A stretch of 64,000 nt of DNA from Gloeobacterales cyanobacterium. Its GTDB lineage: Bacteria; Cyanobacteriota; Cyanobacteriia; Gloeobacterales; PMM-0068. Each line of letters starts with the position of its first letter. The first letter of the stretch is position 1. The stretch spans positions 1 to 64,000 of the forward strand of contig JBBRSB010000003.1 in the NCBI GenBank assembly GCA_038245785.1. Reading direction: 5' to 3'. The notes beneath the pieces were generated by a model. That model was not told where the DNA came from. It saw nothing but the letters and a program-made list of their open reading frames with translations, and did not search any database. Below are positions 19,521-26,776 of the stretch, piece by piece. Both the position numbers and the translations under genes were made by a program.

Positions 19521-19536
19521 TCCTCCTCTGGGTAGA
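19521..19536 (+). promoter_or_regulatory. Island palindromic box upstream of DUF1328/GlsB
   Basis: TCCTCC-TCTG-GGTAGA, then 23 nt, then TAGGAT. Confidence 0.6.
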
Positions 19537-19598
19537 GGTGGAAGCATGACAGCCAGTACTAGGATCAATGTAACAGTTAAGTTGGGAGATTTACAAAC

Positions 19599-19760
19599 AT
19601 GCTTAGTTTACTTTGGACGGTTGTAGTTTTGATGATTATTGCTGCACTACTTGGCTTTGGTGGTGTCGTTGCTTCTCTGAAAAGTATTGCTTGGTTCCTA
19701 ATTGTGGCAGCTTTGGTGCTGGCGGTGTTTAGCTTCTTTACTGGCCGTACTACTGTTTAG
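19599..19760 (+). CDS. DUF1328 (UPF0391/YtjA-like) small membrane protein; below the ORF-track cutoff
   Basis: MLSLLWTVVVLMIIAALLGFGGVVASLKSIAWFLIVAALVLAVFSFFTGRTTV; IIAALLGFGG motif; GGGAG RBS. Confidence 0.8.
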   Translation: MLSLLWTVVVLMIIAALLGFGGVVASLKSIAWFLIVAALVLAVFSFFTGRTTV

Positions 19761-19819
19761 CCCAGTATGAAGTGTGGGCAACCATACCCTTAATCTTCAC
19801 TTTTTACGAGGACATTGAA

Positions 19820-20077
19820 ATGAGTATTCTCAGCTTCTTGCTGTTTTTGATCGTAGCTGCTGTGTGTGCGGGTATTGCTGAATATCTAGTGCCTGGACAG
19901 GTCCCTGGCGGCTTTTTAACATTGGCTGTCGTCGGTGTCATTGGTGCTTGGATTGGCGGAAACTTGTTTGGAACGATCGGTCCTTCAATCTATGGAGTTA
20001 CTTTGATTCCAACCATTTTAGGCGCAGGAATTCTAGTATTTGTTCTCTCACTCGTTTCTCGTTCTTTTGCCCGTTAA
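19820..20077 (+). CDS. GlsB/YeaQ/YmgE (transglycosylase-associated) stress membrane protein
   Basis: IAEYLVPG..GG....VGVIGAWIGG...ILGAGILVF; GAGG RBS. Confidence 0.87.
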   Translation: MSILSFLLFLIVAAVCAGIAEYLVPGQVPGGFLTLAVVGVIGAWIGGNLFGTIGPSIYGVTLIPTILGAGILVFVLSLVSRSFAR

Positions 20078-20260
20078 ACTCAGTCTATTAAATTGATGCT
20101 ATGGAACGACAATTGATCGCTCCATAGCCTGCTTCTTCTATAGGCAGCAAAGAGTGACGGCGATTGCCACTGCAGAAGCGGGATTATTGTAAGCAGTCTT
20201 TGCTCCAATTGAATTTTTCAGCATGCTAAGGCTTGAGCAACCAGAAAGCCAAAAACCGAT

Positions 20261-20697
20261 GCGTTGGTTAGTGCAGCCGCTCTGATGGTTCTAGGGGTAT
20301 TAGATCTGAGAGTCGCGTAGGGAGCGATCGACTTCAAGACTCTACTCATCAAAAGCTTATTGATTACAGCCGGATGGTTAACGGCTTTTTTAATGGGCGT
20401 TCCAACCGCAGAGGCCATACTCATTGCCGCCGGATTATTGCTGGTAACTCGCCGCGTCAAACCAGAACGAATTTTGCAGAAAGTTGATTGGGACTTGCTG
20501 CTTATGTTTTCTGGATTATTTCTCCTGCCGGATCGACGCTAGCAGGAAACCTGACTCTACTGGGTTCAGTGGCAAACTTGATTGTGGCAAAAGCCGTGGC
20601 AAAATAAGGATATCGCCTCACCTTCTGGGAGCATTTGCGATTTGGTTTGCCGTTGACGGCCATTACTTTAGCCTTGACATACTTCTGGCTTTGTTAG
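20261..20697 (+). pseudogene. Internally deleted ArsB/NhaD/CitM-family anion transporter remnant
   Basis: Fragments ALVSAAALMVLGVLDLRVA*GAIDFKTL, VDWDLLLMFSGLF and GSTLAGNLTLLGSVANLIVA..*..FWEHLRFGLP, with stops and a frameshift. Confidence 0.8.
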
Positions 20698-20816
20698 AGG
20701 CAATACCAGATAATATTGATCCATTTTGAAAAAACGGTTTTGCATGTCAAAACACAAACCATTAGAACGTTTTGTTGGGACATTTTTACCGATGGTATGG
20801 TGGCATTTTCGGCGTT

Positions 20817-20846
20817 CGTAGGGGCGATTTGCAAATCGCCCCTACG
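20817..20846. repeat. Perfect 30-bp REP-like palindrome
   Basis: CGTAGGGGCGATTTG|CAAATCGCCCCTACG. Confidence 0.85.
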
Positions 20847-20887
20847 ACGTTGGTGGTTTGATGCCACAATCCTGTGCACCGGGTTAT

Positions 20888-20987
20888 GGATGCATCGTGT
20901 ATGAAAGAAGATAACGATGCGGGGCTAGAAGCAGCACGACGGGCTGGAATGCGCTGGATTGATGTCCGGGTGCTCTGGAGAAGATAA
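20888..20987 (+). pseudogene. 3' remnant of a HAD-family phosphatase
   Basis: GCIVYE, then a 4-nt AGAA duplication, then DNDAGLEAARRAGMRWIDVR. Confidence 0.65.
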
Positions 20988-21013
20988 ATCGCAAACATTC
21001 AGGATCGCTGGGA

Positions 21014-21571
21014 ATGCAAAAAACAGAACTAGAAAAGATGCTGGCCAACGAGCCATACATCGCGCTTGACCCTGAACTTGAGCGGATGCAGACCCAGACA
21101 CAACATCTGCTATACACGTTCAATTCATCCTTGCCCGATGAAGCGGAAAAACGACGCGAGATGATTCAAGCGCTGTTTGGGGCAGTGGGGGCAAATTTTG
21201 AAGTTAAGCCGCCGTTTCGCTGTGATTATGGTTGCCATATCTACGCTAAAGACAATCTATACATCAATTACGATTGCGTCATCTTAGATTGCAACAAAGT
21301 TTATCTGGGTAGCAATGTCTTGCTTGCACCTAAAGTCCAACTCTATACGGCATATCATCCCCTCGATCCAGACACTAGAAGATCTGGTCTTGAGATGGCC
21401 GCGCCGATCACGCTTGGGGATAACGTTTGGATTGGTGGCGGAGCCATTGTCTGTCCAGGCGTGACGATCGGAGACAATACGACTATCGGTGCAGGAAGCG
21501 TTGTAACTAAAAACATCCCAGCCAATATGATTGCAGCTGGAAATCCTTGCAGGGTGCTTAGAGAAGCGTAG
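21014..21571 (+). CDS. maa: Maltose/sugar O-acetyltransferase
   Basis: PPFRCDYG, YTAYHPL, DNVWIGGG and AGNPC hexapeptide-repeat motifs. Confidence 0.9.
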   Translation: MQKTELEKMLANEPYIALDPELERMQTQTQHLLYTFNSSLPDEAEKRREMIQALFGAVGANFEVKPPFRCDYGCHIYAKDNLYINYDCVILDCNKVYLGSNVLLAPKVQLYTAYHPLDPDTRRSGLEMAAPITLGDNVWIGGGAIVCPGVTIGDNTTIGAGSVVTKNIPANMIAAGNPCRVLREA

Positions 21572-21631
21572 CAGCCGCTTTGCTCCAGCTAGACGGTAGA
21601 CCCACTGCTAGAAAGAATCGCCGCAGATGGG

Positions 21632-21678
21632 TTGACGTTCCTCGTACTACCGTTCAAAATGTAAGTAAGCACTTGCAT
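21632..21678 (+). promoter_or_regulatory. tetR promoter with a putative TetR operator
   Basis: TTGACG-N17-CAAAAT, overlapped at its end by the near-palindrome ATGTAAGT-AAGC-ACTTGCAT (21659-21678). Confidence 0.65.
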
Positions 21679-21683
21679 TATAA

Positions 21684-22337
21684 ATGATGGATTCAAATCG
21701 AAAGGCAGCCAAGACGAGAGAGCGATTACTGCAAGCGGCGATCGACGTGTTCTCCACTGAGGGCGTGGTTGGTGCAACGACTCGTCAGATTGCTCGCGTT
21801 GCGAACGTGAACGAAGTCACCTTATTTCGCCACTTTCAAAGCAAAGAGCAACTGTTGGCAGCGGCTACTCAGCACATTACGGCCATGCAAGTGGAGTCCC
21901 TGGATCACCTAGACGAATGGACGCAAGACCTATCGCGCGATCTTCTGCACTATGCCCGACTGCACAATGCGATGTTGGAAGAAAACGAGGCCCTGATTCG
22001 CATGTTTATTGGCGAAGCAAAACGACATCCAGACGAAGCCCTTCAGGTCTTGCAGCAAGCATTCCTGCCTCTGCGCGAAAAGCTGACCAACTACCTGCGT
22101 AACGGTGTTGAGCGAGGCAATGTCCGTCCAGATGTAGACCTATTTCTCGCTGTTGATCAATTGACTGGAATGCTCCTTGCTGGGATGTTGCGCCGTCATG
22201 TGATGCCTGTTGAACGAGGCTATCGCCCTGATCACTATGTCGAAAGCTGTGTGGATTTGATTGTGCGGGGGATCGGTACTGCAAGCGCGAATCCGGAGCG
22301 TTTATCTCCCCATCCATCATCTCATCCGAACTCTTAA
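21684..22337 (+). CDS. TetR/AcrR family regulator
   Basis: ATTRQIARVANVNEVTLFRHFQSKEQLL HTH. Confidence 0.92.
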   Translation: MMDSNRKAAKTRERLLQAAIDVFSTEGVVGATTRQIARVANVNEVTLFRHFQSKEQLLAAATQHITAMQVESLDHLDEWTQDLSRDLLHYARLHNAMLEENEALIRMFIGEAKRHPDEALQVLQQAFLPLREKLTNYLRNGVERGNVRPDVDLFLAVDQLTGMLLAGMLRRHVMPVERGYRPDHYVESCVDLIVRGIGTASANPERLSPHPSSHPNS

Positions 22338-22364
22338 CTCTCACTAATTCTGATTTAGTCAACT

Positions 22365-23969
22365 ATGGCAACAACTACTCTTGAGCGTTCCAGCCTGCAA
22401 AGTGACAGCCTTCAGCCTGGCTATGTGCAGGGATCTTTGAAATGGGCAATAGCGCTTACGGCTTCACTGGGCGCTATTCTCGAAGTCATCGATACCAGCA
22501 TTGTCAATGTTGCCCTGACGGACATTCAAGCAACGTTAGGGGCAACGGTCAGCGAAGTCGGATGGGTCGTCACGGGCTATGCCATTGCTAACGTGATTCT
22601 CATTCCTCTTTCTGCCTGGCTAGGAGACACTTTTGGCAAGAAGACCTACTTTGTCTTTTCAATGGCAGGTTTTACGCTGGCTTCTGTACTGTGTGGCTTT
22701 GCAATCAATCTACCAATGCTGGTAATTTCCCGTATTCTTCAAGGTTTATTTGGCGGAGGATTGCTCGCCAAAGCGCAAGCGATCCTTTTTGAAACCTTTC
22801 CTCCGGCAGAACAAGGGCTGGCCCAAGCCGTGTTTGGGATTGGAGTAATTGCCGGTCCGGCGATCGGTCCGACATTAGGCGGCTATCTCACCGATACCTT
22901 AGGCTGGCGCTGGATCTTCTTTATCAATCTACCAATCGGCATTGCCGCCGTGATCATGGCCCTATTATTTTTGCCAGCCGATCGGGTTAAAGACAAAACG
23001 ACGCAGCAGAAAGTCGATTGGCTCGGAATTGCACTCTTGGTCGTTGCTGTGGGCAGCCTGCAGACGTTTTTAGAAGAGGGAGAACAAAACGACTGGTTTA
23101 ACTCCAGTTTCATCACAATCCTGGCCGTCACGGCTGTGGTCGGACTGGCCCTGTTCATTTGGCGAGAACTGACCACTGCTAATCCCGCCGTTGATTTGCG
23201 CGTGTTGCGCAACCGATCGCTGGCAGCAGGCAGTCTCTACTCTGGCATCTTGGGCATGGGGCTGTACGGTGCGCTGTTCGCCGTCCCTCTGTTTGCTCAG
23301 GGAGTGCTGCGATTTACCGCAACGCAAACGGGTTGGTTGCTGGCTCCAGGCGCCTTGGCATCGGCAATCGTGATGATTATCCTGGGCAAGATTTCCTCAA
23401 AAGTCGATGCCCGAATTCTGATTGGGATCGGAGCGGTGGGAACTACCTTAGTCATGTTCCAACTGGCAAATATTACGCCCCAAACGGGCACGGATGATTT
23501 ATTTTTTCCCCTGCTCTGGCGCGGAGCCGCCACAGTCCTGATGTTTTTACCCCTTAGTTTGGCAACGCTGGGCTCCCTGCCCAAACAGGATATTTCTGCG
23601 GGATCGGGCTTTTACAACCTGATGCGCCAGCTTGGAGGCAGCATTGGCATTGCGATTTTAACGACGCTACTCGCTCAACGAGAAGCTTTCCATAGAGCTA
23701 TCTTGATGACAAAACTGACCCCTTACGATCTGGAGACGAATCAGCGCCTCGACCTGCTTACAGGGGCGTTCCAAAGTCACGGCTCCGATGGCGTAACTGC
23801 TCACCAACAGGCCCTCGCTTCCTTAGAACAACTGGTGAATACACAGGCAGCCGTTCTGTCCTATGCGGATATCTTTCGGTTTGTCGGTGTTGTATTCCTC
23901 TGTTCGCTGCCTTTGCTTCTATTTTTGGGGAAGGGAGGCGCAAAAGCGAAAGCTCCAATCACGCACTAA
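22365..23969 (+). CDS. DHA2 (EmrB/QacA) MFS efflux permease
   Basis: EVIDTSIVNVAL, RILQGLFGG, WRWIFFINLPIG, many TM helices. Confidence 0.93.
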   Translation: MATTTLERSSLQSDSLQPGYVQGSLKWAIALTASLGAILEVIDTSIVNVALTDIQATLGATVSEVGWVVTGYAIANVILIPLSAWLGDTFGKKTYFVFSMAGFTLASVLCGFAINLPMLVISRILQGLFGGGLLAKAQAILFETFPPAEQGLAQAVFGIGVIAGPAIGPTLGGYLTDTLGWRWIFFINLPIGIAAVIMALLFLPADRVKDKTTQQKVDWLGIALLVVAVGSLQTFLEEGEQNDWFNSSFITILAVTAVVGLALFIWRELTTANPAVDLRVLRNRSLAAGSLYSGILGMGLYGALFAVPLFAQGVLRFTATQTGWLLAPGALASAIVMIILGKISSKVDARILIGIGAVGTTLVMFQLANITPQTGTDDLFFPLLWRGAATVLMFLPLSLATLGSLPKQDISAGSGFYNLMRQLGGSIGIAILTTLLAQREAFHRAILMTKLTPYDLETNQRLDLLTGAFQSHGSDGVTAHQQALASLEQLVNTQAAVLSYADIFRFVGVVFLCSLPLLLFLGKGGAKAKAPITH

Positions 23970-24337
23970 GACGGGGCTCAAGGACAAAGCAAGGACATCT
24001 TATGTCGTACTCAATCAATTCATACAGTAAATCAAACGGCAATCACTCAAAGTAGCAAATAAGCAAAATTATTTATTGAATTCGGATTTTAAAAAATTGG
24101 ACGATCTGTTGAATTATCTAACAACATGACCTGCATAATCTCGAAGTTACTCACGAGGCGAGTTAAGTTTCTTACAAAGTTGCTCACGATAGTCATGGAA
24201 ACATCAAGATCGACGATGATCTTAGATATAGCGCAGGAAACCGCGCATCTTCAGGTACGGCTGAATCATTTCAGTCTTGACTTGAAAAATTGTTTACCAC
24301 CCATAAGATTCAAGATATTCTCTCGCCCCTGATTCCT

Positions 24338-26749
24338 ATGTATAAACTGATTCAAACCGTCCTGGAAAGTGATGAGAAAACCGATCTACATCAGCTAATT
24401 AACGCATTGAGCCGCTCAGGTAAGCAATATTTTCTGAGAAATGAGATTCTGCAAGCATTTGCTGACAACTGCCGTCACCCGCAGCAAATCGGTCATCCTT
24501 ATAACGGTTCTTCCCTGAGTCAACTGATTCACTACACCCATGAAATCATCCTAGATCAGGAAAATATTTGGCTGTTGCTGCGTCCTTGGATTGCCAGTCA
24601 GCAAGCTTGGCGGTTAGCCTCAGACCTCTCCAGTGGGGAGCAGATGACACCGCAGGCATTCCTTGATGTCCGCGATCGCCAGGTTAATCGCTTTCAGTCC
24701 CACATCCTAAACCTTGATTTTTCAGTGTTTGACCAAACGTTTCCGGTGATTGACGACCCTAGAAATATCGGTCAGGGTCTAGCGTTTCTCAACCATTACC
24801 TATGCGACAAGCTGCTGATTGAGCCTCAGTACTGGTTAGAGGTACTGTTTAATGCTCTGCACATGCTCAAATATGACGGTATGCAGTTATTAATCAACGA
24901 GCGGATTCATTCGGGTGTCGAACTATCGCAACAGGTAAAGCACACCCTCAAATTCCTAGGTGAGTATGCGCCCGATGACCCCTATGAACGAATACACCTT
25001 GATCTGCAAGAATTTGGCTTTGAACCTGGTTGGGGCAATACGATTGCCCGTGTGTGCGAAACGCTCGAACTGCTAAACCGCTTGATTGATGACCCTGAAC
25101 CCGCCATTCTAGAAGCGTTTGTTTCCCGCGTTCCCGCAGTCTTTCGGGTGGTGCTCATTTCGATCCATGGCTGGGTGGGTCAAGAAAACGTGCTGGGACG
25201 ACCGGAAACCCGCAGTCAAGTCGCCTATGTCCTTGACCAAGCTTGCAGTCTAGAACATCAACTGCGCGCAGAGGTTAGCCTAGCCGGTCTGGATTTATTG
25301 GGCATCCATCCCCAGGTGATCATTCTGACGCGCCTGATTCCTAACTGTACGGGAATGCAGTGCAGTCTTCCCTTTGAGAAGGTTGAAGGGACAGAAAACG
25401 CTTGGATATTGCGTGTGCCATTTCAGGAATTCAATCCTAAGGTGACTGAGAACTGGATTTCTAAATTCGAGATTTGGCCCTATTTGGAAAGTTTTGCGGA
25501 TGATGCAGAACGGGAGTTGCGGATAAAGCTGGGTGGAGGACCGAATTTAATTATTGGTAACTATAGTGATGGCAATCTGGTTGCTTCGCTCCTGGCGCGT
25601 CGCTTTAGAGCTATCCAGTGCAACATTGCCCATTCGTTGGAGAAGCCAAAATACCTGTTCAGCGACATCTATTGGCAAGAGATGGAGGCACAATACCACT
25701 TCTCCGCGCAGTTTACTGCCGATCTTATTAGCATGAATGCGGCAGACTTCATCATTACGTCATCGGACCAAGAGATTGTGGGAACACCGGAGAGTATGGG
25801 CCAGTATGAGTCTTACAAGTGCTTTACAATGCCTAATCTGTATCATGTAGTTGATGGCATTAATCTGTTTAATCCTAAATTCAACCGAGTACCGCCGGGT
25901 GTCAATGAGCAGATTTTCTTCCCTTTCGGTCAGCGCGAGCATCGGGATGCAGAAGCATCTTTTAGAATTCAGGAATTGATTTTCACCGCTGAGAATCCGT
26001 GTATTTTGGGGCACTTGGACGACCCTAACAAACGCCCGATTCTGGCAGTTGCACCGATCAACCTGATCAAAAATCTGGAGGGTCTGGCAGAATGCTTTGG
26101 ACGCAGCGAAGCACTGCAAGCACGGTGTAACCTGGTCTTCCTGACGAATGCATTGGATGAGACAGAAGTCGCAAATCCGGAGGAAGCCCAAGCGATTACA
26201 CAACTCCATCGTGTAATTGACCAATATCATCTGCACGGACATATCCGCTGGTTAGGACTCCGCCTGCCAACCCGCGACTTGGGCGAAGCTTACCGGACGA
26301 TCGCCGATCGTAGCGGCATTTTCGTTCACTTCGCCCTCTTTGAAGCCTTTGGGCGCACCATTCTCGAAGCCATGATTTCTGGATTACCGACCTTCGCCAC
26401 CCAATTTGGCGGTGCCTTAGAAATTATTCAAGACGGCAAGAATGGGTTTCATATCAACCCCACAGACTTAGACGGGACAGCGCAGAAAATTCTGAACTTT
26501 CTTGATCAGTGCGACACTGATCCTCAATTCTGGCACGACATTTCTGAGCAAGCGATTCAGCGGATTCACGAGCAATATAACTGGCAGAAGCATACTCAAC
26601 GACTGCTCCGGCTGACCAAGATTTACAGCTTTTGGAACTACACGAATAGCGATCGTCGAGAAGCCCTGCACCAGTATTTGGAAGCCTTATTTTATTTACT
26701 CTATAAACCTAGAGCAGATGGAATTTTGGCAGAGCATATGCAACGATAA
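24338..26749 (+). CDS. susB: Sucrose synthase, divergent SusB type (GT4)
   Basis: GFEPGWG, IGNYSDGNLVA, AHSLEKPKY, HFSAQFTADL, GQYESY, EAFG..EAM; start taken at MYKLIQ. Confidence 0.85.
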   Translation: MYKLIQTVLESDEKTDLHQLINALSRSGKQYFLRNEILQAFADNCRHPQQIGHPYNGSSLSQLIHYTHEIILDQENIWLLLRPWIASQQAWRLASDLSSGEQMTPQAFLDVRDRQVNRFQSHILNLDFSVFDQTFPVIDDPRNIGQGLAFLNHYLCDKLLIEPQYWLEVLFNALHMLKYDGMQLLINERIHSGVELSQQVKHTLKFLGEYAPDDPYERIHLDLQEFGFEPGWGNTIARVCETLELLNRLIDDPEPAILEAFVSRVPAVFRVVLISIHGWVGQENVLGRPETRSQVAYVLDQACSLEHQLRAEVSLAGLDLLGIHPQVIILTRLIPNCTGMQCSLPFEKVEGTENAWILRVPFQEFNPKVTENWISKFEIWPYLESFADDAERELRIKLGGGPNLIIGNYSDGNLVASLLARRFRAIQCNIAHSLEKPKYLFSDIYWQEMEAQYHFSAQFTADLISMNAADFIITSSDQEIVGTPESMGQYESYKCFTMPNLYHVVDGINLFNPKFNRVPPGVNEQIFFPFGQREHRDAEASFRIQELIFTAENPCILGHLDDPNKRPILAVAPINLIKNLEGLAECFGRSEALQARCNLVFLTNALDETEVANPEEAQAITQLHRVIDQYHLHGHIRWLGLRLPTRDLGEAYRTIADRSGIFVHFALFEAFGRTILEAMISGLPTFATQFGGALEIIQDGKNGFHINPTDLDGTAQKILNFLDQCDTDPQFWHDISEQAIQRIHEQYNWQKHTQRLLRLTKIYSFWNYTNSDRREALHQYLEALFYLLYKPRADGILAEHMQR

Positions 26750-26776
26750 TCCACCTTTCCCCCCAACTCAATACCT

